From Eledone cirrhosa (Eukaryota), in assembly GCA_964016885.1 (NCBI GenBank), contig OZ024740.1:283960001-284024000 (forward strand): a stretch of DNA of 64,000 bases. The letters are read 5' to 3'. The notes under the pieces are model-generated. The model was given only the letters and a program-made list of their open reading frames with translations, did no database searches and was not told the DNA's origin. The translations under genes were made by a program, and so were the position numbers. Below are positions 14,401-27,900 of the stretch, piece by piece (the first letter of the stretch is position 1; each line of letters opens with the position of its first letter).

Positions 14401-17400
14401 ATTCAATAGTTAACTCTCGCTAACAAATCATAGCAGTAAATCCACACGTCTGATTTAGAAGAAGCTTAAATAATAGATTAGCTGAAACCATTAGGCTGCT
14501 AAGTAGAACTAGTAGACCAGTAATGGTCTGCATTGGCAGGAATTAGATTGGAAATCAATTTGGAATTAAATTCATTTGGTTCTATCTGCAGTAGAAAAGA
14601 TATTGTTATAGATATTCAATGGAAATAGATAAGAACTTAGAAAAAGGACATAAATCTTGAGCAATGACGTAATTGAAGCTAACTGAATGAGGATAGAACA
14701 AATGAAAAAAGGTACATGATTAGATCTGATTAAATCATACAAGCATATTAACATAATCACAGATGGATGGTTGTAACCACTAAGATAGTATATGAAGGGC
14801 AATGGAGTAGTAGACTTGTTAATTTATGGGCAAGACTCCTGTCCAAGGTTGGCAGCCTATGTTAGGTTTAGAGCTGGTACCATAATTAAATGCATCTAGT
14901 GCACTCAGTAGTGTGGTAACGTATGTAAGTGAGAAGTGGGTTCTTGGCCCAGTTGAGAAGTCAATAGCTCTGATTAAATACTGACTTGGACTGTGACAAC
15001 TCAGCTAACCTTTGCTAGCTGGGAGAATAGACATTAAACAATGATGATGGTGATGCATCATCATCATCATATGTCTATTTTTCTGTGTTGGCATAGGTTA
15101 TATGTATAATATTGATATAAAAATCAGAATATATGTCTGCCCTTGCTCTGAAACATGGGAGATGATATTGGTCTAATATAATTTCAACTTTGTTGCTGTT
15201 AAAACTACACATACTGTTTTAATATCTGGAACAAATCATCTGATAGATTTGTCAATTAGTAGCTTAAGAAAAACTACATAACATACTATAGAGCAGTATT
15301 TCCCAACCTTTGGGCACAAACTTTTTTGTCAAAGTTCCCCTGTGAAATTTAATTTCGAATGTTATACTTAATTCATCTTTCATAGCAAGATAACACTTAG
15401 GTATTAATGCAATATTGTTTTCATTTCTATTATAAATGGTTGAACTACAAACAAATATTTACTGTCCAGCGGGTGTTGTAAGAGTGAAACAGGAATTGAC
15501 TGGACACTTCTTAACCTAAAAGGGTTCCCTGCTAAATAAGGGTTTTTAAGGGAAGATAAAAAAGGGGGTAATAAATTAGGTGTAGCAAAATAGACAATAT
15601 ATCAGAAACCTCAATATTGAATAATTTTTGAAAATTTGAAAAAAAACCCCCAAAAATGGATAATTGCCTCACCCCTGTGTGTGTTCACCACCCCAGCAAA
15701 TGAAATAAATACTCCCAGCACCCCCTTTCAATGCAACAATGACCACATTGGGAAACTGCTGTAGAGCATAGGAAATAATTAAACTAGCAATATGAAGCAT
15801 ATAAAATGTTGATCTTGTTTGATAATGTTGTTGGTTTTTTTTTTTGTTAATGAAGTTGTTATCTCTCTTTACTTGTATCTTTTGTAGGGTTACCTGTTTC
15901 TCCTGGCAGTGGTGGCATGTGGGAATCTCAGCTTCTCAAAATTCCAGCAGTCTCTCCTTCTATAATGAATTGTTGTGTTATGAAAGTGGATTATTTTGTT
16001 AAGGTATTGCATTCCACCGTTTTATCAGTAATTTTTTTGTTAAGGTATTGCATTCCACCGTTTTATCAGTAATTTTTTTGTTAAGGTATTGCATTCCACC
16101 GTTTTATCAGTAATTTTCTAGTAATACTTTAAGAGTTTTTAGTCTTCTGAAAAAATGATTTTAATTGATATTTTTTATATGGTTTAGCCAGCTGAAAGGG
16201 TTTATCAGGTCCTATGTCCTTCACTAGCATTATGAACTATGGAACTGGTAAAATCAGTGTGCTTTATTTTCAATTTGAACATACTTAAATCAATATTTTT
16301 TTCTGTCAGAAAAATATGGGTGAAAAAGTGAATTTCAGACAATTGATATTTTGGGATGAAACAATTGTGCAGGATCTGGGTGGTGAGACAGTGTCGGGGA
16401 TATTAGGAGGTGTAGAAACAGGTATATTGGGTGGGCCTGAAAGGAAGATTTCTTCCTTTCAGGCCCACCCAATATACCTGTTTCTACAGCTAGCTAGTTA
16501 AGAGATACAGAGGCTGTTGGAGCAGTAGAATATGCAGATAGAAAAGGCAGTATGTTTGTGGGCTAGATTTTGTAATATTGGTGAGTGTGTCTTTGTCTAT
16601 CATTTAGTTGGCTTTCTTTTGCATATAGTCTAGAATGTTTGTGTATGTGATCAGTACTTCGCTGTGGGTCTTACTTGAGCTTCATTGAGGGTCAACAATT
16701 GATCAGGGCTGAATTAATTTCTGGCTCATCAGAAATTGTAGGGCGAAGCATTTGTAGTGACTTTGTAAGTTTAACTCTACATTATTGAAGACAGAAAGGA
16801 GGAAGTATAAGATTTGTTCATTGATTGTTTATTGAAAGGACTATCATGTTTATATTAAATAATGCTTGGTAGTAGTGGGGTCCTGCCCCAAAGTAACCAG
16901 TTCAAAAGCCAAATATATCTAGTTTGAATGTTTAAATTTGGATCTATGGAAATAGATATTACATTTGAGATCTAAGTCAATCATTATCAAATGCAGAGAA
17001 GTTGTCATGTCTTTTGACACAAACTGAAGGATCCTCCTAGCCCCTTGTTTGATGAGCTTTCTATGGCTAAATGCCTTTCCTAACACTCCACCACTTTACA
17101 GCATGTACTGGGTGCTTCTTTTGTGTACATCACCAGTACTATGGAGGGTGTCATGTCCTTGACATAACTAAAGAATCCTCCCAACCTTTTGTTTAGCAAG
17201 CTTTCTATATATAATATATTTCTTTCAATTTGTAGGTTGCATTGCACATCCCTGGATCATACAATCTAACATTGCAGCTCCCTGTGGTGATAGGAACTGT
17301 ACCTTATAGAAGGGCACGACCTTATCATTACTCTTCTGAACCTCGATACTGCCGACCACTACAACCACAAACATGTGGCTTAAACCTATTACCTTTACCA

Positions 17401-19286
17401 CCACCTTACAGAGAAACTGTTACTCCACCACCTCCATTTGAAGGTAAGTTGGTCAGTTATAAATATTACCAATAAAAGCACATTGCCTTCATTGTAAATC
17501 TTCATTTTAAATGTCAGTATCTCTATATATTGACCTAATTTTCACTTAATCTGCTGTTTCAAACCTTTGCTCACACACATACATACAAATGCATGTATGT
17601 GTGTAAAAATATGTGGTATCTAGCAAAGAAGTAACAGATTTAGAAGAGGCTAGCATGTTAGGAACAAATGCTATTACTGAGAGAAAGTAACAGCCTGATT
17701 ATTCTGTTATTTTTCATTACATCATTGAACGATGTCTGAAATTCTTTTTAAAATGAAAAACTTCAAACAGATACCATATTTAAGCATGTATTATTTACTT
17801 TAAATATGCTTTCTAGCATAGTTACGTCCCTTTATGGTCTGAGTTCAAATCCCGTCGAGGTTAACTTTACCTTTCATCCTTACGGGGTCGATAAAATAAA
17901 GTACCAGTAATGTACTGGGTAATTGCTGGCCTTGTGCCTAAAGTAGAAACAATTAATTACTTTAAATATCTAAAAGACTTAAGGACAAATATATGTGTGT
18001 ATAGGGTAGCGAATTGGAAATCATTAGGATGTCGGATAAAATTCTTTGCGATATTCGTTCCATCTCTCTGCTCTCAAATCCCGTCGGGGTCAACTTTGCC
18101 TTTCATCCTTTCGAAGTCGAGAAAAAATGTACCAGTCAAGTACTGTCATCGATTTTTCCTTTATATCTCTTTCTCACTTCCATTCTTTCTCTCTCTATCC
18201 TTCTCTGGAAGAAATCTGCTGTATTCAGACCTGGAGAGGAGATGGGCTCCACCAGGTATAAAAAATGCCCTAGAAATGCTGTAGGTTCATATGGTGCCCC
18301 TATGATTCCCTCTGGATTTACGGGACCGTGCATGCATATGTGTGTGTGTGAATAGATTTTTTTTTTTATTGTTGAAAGAAGCTAATTATTCTTAGATTAG
18401 CGACCTGGTTTAAATGTATGCATCAAAGTGATTCTTTCTTTTAAATCACCATGTATTGTATGCAACATCTTTGATGAATCATCAAAGAAAGAAATCACAG
18501 GGTGTAATGTCATTGCACCTCCATGATAAATTCCCCTGTTTGGGAATGTCATATTTAGGGACTTGCAGATGTTGAAAGTTTTATGTGGTAGTTGTGCTGT
18601 CTTGTTGATAAATGATACATGGTTGCAGTTCTTTCAGTTGCTAATAATGTGTTGAAACATATCCAGGTGGGTATTGAAAATCACAGTTAATTAACCAAAG
18701 AAGAATGGTCCAACCGTGTGATCATATAACAGCTCACACCACATATTAACTTTAGGTCTGTCTCTAATGTGCTCTGCTGTGGTATGTGGATTTTGAGACC
18801 TGCATTTGCACACCTTTTGTTTGTTAACCTTCTCTGAAACATGAAATGTTGCCTCATCAGAAAAAATGGTTCTGGCTAGAAAATTATTGTCCTAGGCAAC
18901 TCTATCAAGCATAGTCATTGCAAATTCCTTACATGTGCCTTATCTTCTTGCATAATCTGTTGCAAGATTTGCAGCTTAGGTTGCAACTTCAAACATTTAT
19001 GCAAGACATCATGCACTGTTGAATGAAGTAACTCTAGTTCTGATACAATGCATGGTTTGCATGAGCAGCAAACAAAAGCATCTCCAATGTGCTCTACATT
19101 TTCTTCAGATATATATATATATAGGAAAATGTTTGACCCCGACGGCAGAGCTCAAGCCGTTTTGTCGAAACAGCTTGAGCTCTGCCGTCGGGGTCAAAGA
19201 TTTTCCTATTACCCACTCTACTACCCTAAGTATTGAGTACTCTGGTGCGTTATGGTCCATCTGGTTCCTTACCACACCTCCTTTGT

Positions 19287-19327
<41 letters not shown>

Positions 19328-20287
19328 GTAATGAGTATAATTGAAGTTGTAGCTGCAAGTAGCAGATTAGCCCTGATTTTCAAAGACTGTCACAAAGCAC
19401 TCAATGATAGAGTAATTCATAAATTTCTCCTCAGACTGAACACAAGTTAGGTAAAAATGACACAATGAATAATGTGACCAGACCCATGTTGCCACATTAA
19501 TATTACAACAAAAAATACAGACAGGTTATATATATCATGTCTCCTTTTTCTTCTTCCCTTTTTTTCTTTTTTCTTTTTCCTTTTCTTCTCCTTTTTCCTG
19601 GGAGGCCTGTTGGAGCAATGCTCCAACACCTGTCAGAAGCAACTTTTATCAATTAAAATCTCATTAGCACTTGGAATTTCCATCAAAGTTATCTTCTGGG
19701 TATGTCCTGACCTGGCGTGGCTTGATATCTTTAGGATTTTGGGGTCAGCTAGCAATACTTATGGAGCCACTGTTGTCACTGTGTCTAGATTACACAACAG
19801 CCTGACCTGATAAAGATGCGTTAATATGCTACTGTCTATGAAAATGGAGGAAGGGTTGAACGTATCACATTCTTGCTTTTACTGTGGATAATCCATTGTT
19901 TCTCCCCCTCTCACCTTTCTTCCTCTCACAAAGCCCCCCCCCCCCCCCAAAAAAAAAATCTATTTACATCTCTGTGTATATTTCAACCATTCCTTGCAGA
20001 ACCTCCAACGTATGCAGAGAGTGTTGGCGGTGCAGTTGACATTCGTGATGAAGATGATGATCTTACTTGTAATATGGGAGATCTCACATATACACCAATG
20101 TATACATATGTATATGATTACAGACCCCCACCAGCCTATTCAGAGGTAAATTTCAAGTTTCTTACACTTATATATTGTTTTGATACAACTTCCTCTTATT
20201 ATATATGTATTTTGTTCTCACCATGTAATCGTACATAAATTCTGCTTTGTTTTCATCTGGTAAAATACTCCAGGACATACATACACA

Positions 20288-20357
<70 letters not shown>

Positions 20358-23300
20358 AAGGCGCATGGCTTAGTAGTTAGAGCATTGGGCTTGCAATCGA
20401 AAGGTTGTGAGTTGAATTCTCGGACCGGGTGATGTGTTGTTTCATTGAGCAAGACACTTTATTTCAGATTGCTCCAGTTTACTCAGCTGTAGAAATGAGA
20501 TGATAGGACTGCATTCCACTGCAAAATGGTCGTGGAGGTGCCATGGCAAAAAAAAGCACCCAGCCCACACTGTAAAGTGGACGTGTAGGCTCCACGGAAA
20601 AAAAAGCACCCAGAACTCACTGTAAATGAGGTTGGTGTTAGGAAGGGCATCCAGCTGTAGAAATCGAGCCAGAATCAGTTCCTGTATGAGCAAGACAAGC
20701 TCAGACAACCGGACACTGCTCACAACAGGACAACCCGTCTAACCCATGCACGTAAAACGGTGATGATGAGATATATATATATTTATTTATTAAAATAACA
20801 GATTAAAGTTTAAGCAAAGAATCGCTGCTTTCACCCTCATTATTACTATATATATATATCACCTTGATCCCCTTGACCGACCAGTCTGTCGGGCGCCAAT
20901 CAGCGCCGCTGGTCATAGCATGCCATGCTGTTTTAGGCCGATACAGGCAGCTCTGTAACCCCCTCTTCTACTGCCCTCTACCCTCCGACTCCACACCCCT
21001 CTACCAACAACAAGTTTCCTCCACCATCCAACACCTTGTCTCCTCCCCCCCCCCACTGCTTCCCACCTCATCGTCCGCACCCCCCGCCCCCCTACTATCT
21101 ACTTCCTCCCCAAACTCCACAAACCCGGCCACCCCATCGTCTCCGCTTGCAACTGCCCCACCGAACTCATCTCCGCCTTTCTTGACTCCACCCCCCCTCG
21201 TCACCCCCTCCCCTCCCACATCTCTGACACCAACCACGCCCTTCGCCTGTTCGACTCCTTCACTTTCCCACCCGGCCCACACCCCCTCCTCTTCACCTTA
21301 GATATCAAGTCGCTTTATACTGTCATCCCCCACGCCAACGGCCTACGTGCCCTCAAGCACTACCTCGACCTTCGCCCCTCCCCCCCCCACCCTCCTTCGC
21401 CTCGCCGAGCTGGTCCTCACCCTCAACTGCTTCTCCTTCTCAGGTGAGTTTTACCAACAGGTCACGGGGGTAGCCATCAGCACAAGAATGGGCACAAACT
21501 ATGCCAACCTTTTCGTTGGCCATGTTGAGGCCCAAATCTTTGCCCAGTACACTGGCCCCACGCCCGAACTGTACGGTCGTTACATCGACGACTGTATCAG
21601 AGCCACGACCCTCACCCGAGAACAGCTCGACTCCTTTCTCTCCTTCTTCTGCTCCTTCCACCCCTCTCTCCACTTCACCACCTCTATCTCCACCACCCAC
21701 GTCCACTTCTTAGACATCTCCGTCGACTTCACCTCCTCCCACCCCACACACACTAAACACTCTATTCCCTACTCCCAACTCCTCAGAATCCGCCGCCTCT
21801 GCAGCCGAGATGCTGACTTTGAGTCCCAGGTCCTTTCCCTAGTCAGCCATTTCATCCGCAGAGGTTAACCCCACCTCCCTCCCTCGTCCACACCGCCCTC
21901 ACTCGCGCCCATGCTGTCCCCCGCTCCACCACCCTCACCCCACGCCACCGCACACCCACCCACCATCTCCCCTTCCCCATCACCTACCACCTCTCCACCC
22001 TACCCCTCGACCGCATCATTCTCCGCCTCTTCCGACACCTCCAGTCCGACCCCTCCACCTCCCACACCTTCCCATCCCCATCCTCCCCTCCTTCAAACGC
22101 GCACGCAATCTCCGCACCCTCCTCGTCCGCAGCTCCCTACCCCCCCCAACCCATGCTCTTCTTTCCCCCTCGATTCCCTTCCATGTTCCAGGCCTCGTTG
22201 TAACACGTGCCCCCACATTACCAACAACACCATCTTCCAGGGTCGCAACGGCCACTCTCTCTCTGTCCGGCACGCCTTCCGCTGCACCTCCTCCAACCTA
22301 GTCTATGGACTACGTCGGACAGACTGACGTCTCCTGGCGGACCGTTTCACCGAACACCTCCGGGATATTCGTCTCGGCGGGAGTTCCCCCATCGCCCGCC
22401 ACTTTGGCTCCCCTGGACATTCTGCGCACTACCTCACAGTCTGTGGCCTACTCCAATGCCACGGAACACCCGCCACCCGCCTCACAGTCGAACAACGCAC
22501 CATCTTCACCCTACAGACCCACACTCCCTCCGGCCTGAACTCCCCACCCCTATTCCTTTAGCCTTCGACCGCCCTGTTCCCCCCCCCCCCACTAACACAC
22601 TCCTCCTTTTCACTACCCGCCCCCTTGTCTCACCCCACAACTAACAATACTAACAATACTAACATCCCCACCCCTCCCCCTATCATGCACACACCCACCT
22701 GTGCATATATACAAGCACTCACACTATCCACACACCCTACTACCACCACTCACCCCCACTAACACACCAGCATTCAACCCTTTCTCCACCACCAGTATAC
22801 TAACACCCCCTTCACCACACACACACTCATCCAAACACGCACACACACCAGTACACTACACTCCCTCCACCGTCCCCCACACCTTTTCTCTCCCTCTCCT
22901 CGCTCCACCCACACCCCTTCACACACACCCCTTCACACACACACATCCCACTAACACCTCTACTAATACACACCCCATCCCCCCACATGACCCCCTCCCC
23001 ACTCCACCTTTCACACCTACCCATCCTCTCCCCTGTCCACCGCACCTCCGCACACAGACTCACTGACTTTCTCCACCTGCCATTCTCCTCTACTGCTGCT
23101 ACGCCTTCTCCTGCCTTGACCCTCCGACCACTTCCTGTTGTGTGCACACCCCACATCTCCCCTCTTCCGACCACCACAACCAACGGATTACACACCACCG
23201 GCCATCGTTCCAACTATCCACTCCATAACATGGAAAATATCCGGCAACTCACCACACCCTCTACGGAACTACCTTAGGAACTTACCCAGGGACATACACT

Positions 23301-23892
23301 CACAATTTTTTTCGAACCACGCCACCTACACCACAAAACTTATAAACACCAACACACATGTGCGTACCCCCACATATATACACACTCAGCCTCCGGAATC
23401 CTCCCCCCCCCACTCCCCATCCACACACGCGCACACACCGACATACACCCCACCCCACACACAAACCTTTTCCTGAACATGGAACCTCATTCTTCCCCCA
23501 ACTCTCACATACACACACACACACACACGTACACCTAGACACATACACAAACACCACCTTCATCCCTCCCTGCTTGGACACCCCACCTCCCTCTCCCCAC
23601 TACACCCACCACCACCCTACACGCCCCACACCCTTCTTCCACCACTTGTTTATCTTCATGTTTATATTTATTTTTATTTTTACCCCTTCCACCGTTTCCC
23701 CCCCTCCTTTTTTTTCTAAATGTCTCTCCACCACTCCCCCACACACCCCCGGAACTCTCTTTCCACCCACTTTTCTCCTGAAGAAGGGCTTATGCCCGAA
23801 ACGTCGTTCCCCACCCTCCACCCTCAAGCACGTGAAACTAATAAACCTTTGTTTGTACTGCCCCTGTTTTGTTCCTGTTCCATTTTTCACTA

Positions 23893-23943
<51 letters not shown>

Positions 23944-24887
23944 ACAATTGCACCCCCTCAAAGGCGATGATGCAGGACTGATTTCTGGTGTTATGCAGGA
24001 ATGATTTCTGGTGTTATGCAGGAATACAGAAGACCTGCCTTCCTATGTGCAGGGGCTGTGGCATACATCTAGTAAGCGTCACCTACCCCTCCGTCACCAC
24101 TCCCATACAGCCCCTACGTTGTAACACCCTCACCCATACCACTAGATATACCTCCACAATCCCCATGCACACCCCCACCTAAGTCCCCAGTCCACACTGT
24201 AAAGTGGTCATGTAGGTGTCATGACAAATAGTGCCCAACCCACACTGTAAAGTATTCATGTTGGTGACACGACAAGGAGTGCCCAGCCCATACTATAAAG
24301 CGGTCGTGTATGGTGTCCCGACAGTGGTTGTGTAGGTGTCGCGATAAAAAGTGCCCAGCCTACAAGTAAAAGTGGTTGGCGTTAGGATGGGCATCGAGCC
24401 GTAGAAACCAAACCAAAATCAGTCCTGTATGAGCAAGACACCGTCATCCAACCTGGCTTGTCTCACAATGGGGGCAGCTCATCTAACCCATGCTAGCATG
24501 GAAAATGGACGTTAAACAGTGATGATGATGCAAACATACATATATCATCATTCATCATTTCATTTTACGTCCGCTTTTCCCTGCTTGCAAGGGTGGGACG
24601 GGAACTGATTTTGGCTTGATTTCTACAGCTGAATGCCCTTCCTAACACCAACCTCATTTACAGTGAGTGCTGGGTGCCTTTTTGCCGTGGCACCTCCACG
24701 ACCACTTTGCAGTGGAATGATAGGGATCCCTACCATCTCATTTCTACAGCTGAGTAAACTGGAGCAATGTGAAATAAAGTGTCTTGCTCAAGGACACAAC
24801 ACATCACCCGGTCTGAGAATTGAACTCACAACCTTTCGATTGCAAGGCCAATGCTCTAACCACTAAGCCATGTGCCTCCATATATGC

Positions 24888-24953
<66 letters not shown>

Positions 24954-27900
24954 TCACACACAGGTAAAATTCTGGTATAATAAATTTGTCAGTATAACGT
25001 CATTTATTTCAATCCCTGAAGTAAGAACAAAATATATCTGTATCAGCAAGACATGGTCTCCTAACCTGACTTTTCTCATAAGGCAACAATCCATCTAATC
25101 CACGCAAACATGGAAAATGGACATTAAACAATGATGATCATACATACACATGCGCGTGTATACATATGTGTGCAAAAAGTAAATAGAAATAACAAAGCAA
25201 ACAACACAGTACAAAGAAGAAATATATTAGTTTAACACTTTAGAAAAAGTCTCAATGTTTCGAACGTTAATTCTTCATCAGAAGATTGACTGAGAAATAA
25301 AAGAAGAAATAGAAAGACAGATGAAAGAAAGAAATGGAAAAAGAAATGTTTGCGGGAGTGAAAGCATGAGTGTGTTTAGTCAGCTATTTCAGATACACTG
25401 GTTGGCTGATAAATTGGCTTGCAATCATTAGTTATGTCCCTTTATATTTTGAGATCCAAGTCAACTTTGATTTTCATCTTTTTGAGATTGGTGAAATAAA
25501 TACCAGTTAAGTGTTGTGATAATTGGCAATATCATCATTATGGCAGAGATGATAAAGTGCTGAGCAAATATTTTCAGAATTAAAATCTTGCCAGGTTTAT
25601 CTAATTTAGCTGTCAAGAAAATGTGTACCAATATTAAGCTAGAAGTCAATTAAATAAGCTATATCCTTTCCCCTATAAATTTGTAGACTTGTAAGTGAAA
25701 AATCTTACCAATATTTAGTTGTTTCTTTGCTTTCATTTCAATCCATTTTGAGTGCCCTTTATTTTATTCATCTCTCATCTGCCATAGGCATCACTTGTCC
25801 TTACCAACACAGCCTTCTCTCTCTTGTACATTACATTTCATTCATCTTATAACCATTTTTCCTATCAGCTAAATTTGCCCTTAATCATTCAGGTACTCTA
25901 ACATTCCACATTCACTGGTGCATGGTCATTTTATTTCTTTATAATTTTCACAAATACTCTGGATGTCTTGCTACCATGCAGTATCACACTTCAGACACAA
26001 GCATCATAAAATCTACCTTTTACTCTATGTGAAAAAAAAACATGTGTTGTTAGAGAAGTAATAGCTCAACTGCTTATTAGGTTACCTAGTGCATCTGCTA
26101 CATATGAAGTCTACATTCTTTGTTAGCCTGCTACTACATCACTTGTGCATCTATAATTTACATTGGGTATGCAATATGGAATTCCTACCTAATTCTTTTC
26201 TGCATATCAAGCATGACCATTTCCCTGGGACCATCTTTCCTACTTTAGTCTTTGCTAAGTTTACTCTGAGGTTTTTTGATTCCAAGTTTTGCTTTCATTC
26301 CTGGAATTTCTTCTCTAACTCTACAGTAGATTAAGCTATAAGAACTAGGTCATCTATAGGAGTTCCCATAGACAACCAGTTTTAACTCTGTTATGGCCTG
26401 AAGACTATGATAAATAGAAGAAAGCTGAGGACTGATACCTTGTGAATCCTTGCCTACATACTAAATTTGCTGCTATTCATTGGTAATCCTCGCCTGTTGA
26501 CTGCACCTTTGTACATGGCTGACATAGCCATCACATTCCATTCATCTATGCCTAGTTTCTTTAGTGTCCAGCAGATCACAGAGCATGGTACTCTGTTAAA
26601 GGCCTTCTCTATGTTGACAAATGCAAGATAGAGCAGCTTATTCCTCAGACATCAGTAGTTCTTTTTCTAGAACAAAATCAAACTGCCTAGTTTAATTTTG
26701 TCCCTAAATAATTGTTTCTACTTTTGGCACAAGGCCAGCAATTACCCAGTGCATTACTGGTACTTTATTTTATCGACCTCGTAAGGATGAAAGGTAAAGT
26801 TAACCTCGGCGAGATTTGAACTCAGAATGGTAAGGGCCGTAACTCTGTGTGTCAAAGCATGGCGTCCCGGTAGCTTTCATGATCTGCCGTATAAAAACCT
26901 AATGTACTAAACCAACAAATATTGATTTAATAAAGTTATTCCTAGCCAAGACATAACAACCTCTCTGTTACTGGAGCCATAATAAAATGTACCCAGCACA
27001 CTCTGTAAAGTGGTTTTTGATCAAACAGAGACAATGTAAGGTAAAATGGATTCTTTTGACTTATTAAGAACGTAACTACTTCTCTAATGCTGGTATCATC
27101 AAAAATGCATCTTGAACACCCTGAAAAGTGATTAGTGTTATGAGGAGCATTCAGTCATAGAAACCATGCCAAAATAGAAAAGCACAAACATGATATGGTC
27201 TTTCAGCCTATCTAGGAAGATAGTAACTCCAAATAAGGACTCAGTCTGTAATGACTTATCCAACCATACTACCATGGAAAGTTGATGTAAAATGATGATG
27301 ATGCATTCAGTGACAAGAATACAACTATCCTAAATAACTAATTCTGGTCTTAACATGGCTAGAGAGGCAACATCAAAATCTTAATTAATTAAAATTAATT
27401 AAATATGAAATGCAGTGAATAGTGAATGTGTCTAATCTTTAGCAATACAATGACAAGTCTGGACATGTTTTCATCTTATTACATTTCCCCAACAAAGCAC
27501 ACTCCGTTATTGCTGAATAACTAGTTGCATTATAATTTAAAAGAAAGGCTGGAGAGTGGCAGAGGAGAATAATCAGGGACATCTTCTGCAGTAATATTTA
27601 ATAGTAAAATGGGTACTAACATATTTAATTAGTTGTTTAAACTGTTCTTTATTTTAAGGATTAAAAATGTAATATTTAATTTTTTCACTTTTTTTTTTTG
27701 CATAGGCGTTTATTGTGTATTTCAGATTTTATCGTTAAATTCTTTAGATAACAATGATGCTGATGATGATGATTTCTTTATTAGCCACACAAGGTTCACA
27801 TTAAGGAAACATTAAAGACGGTACAGGACGTGTGGGTTTTTTTTGTGTAAAATAAAATTTATAACAGAGACTAAGAAAAATAAACATTCAAAAAAACAAA

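Noticed and set aside
16290-16990. Old PLE/LINE remnant on the minus strand
   Set aside because: Only vague motif resemblance; too decayed to support a call.
18850-18862. CTGATGAGG on the minus strand as a hammerhead core
   Set aside because: It is the FSDE codons of the mariner transposase; no matching GAAA or stems.
20357-20430. tRNA gene
   Set aside because: A/B-box head continues into a SINE body present in three copies; no complete cloverleaf.
22560-23760. Pro/His/Thr-rich and Gly/Val-rich ORFs
   Set aside because: By-products of the C/A-rich low-complexity 3' region of the PLE.
27726-27815. Possible alternative last ARRDC exon (ttcag|ILSLNSLDNNDADDDDFF...)
   Set aside because: Runs into the (GAT)n/TTTATT end of a minus-strand retroelement; no similarity to the conserved IDPNP ending found at 33254.
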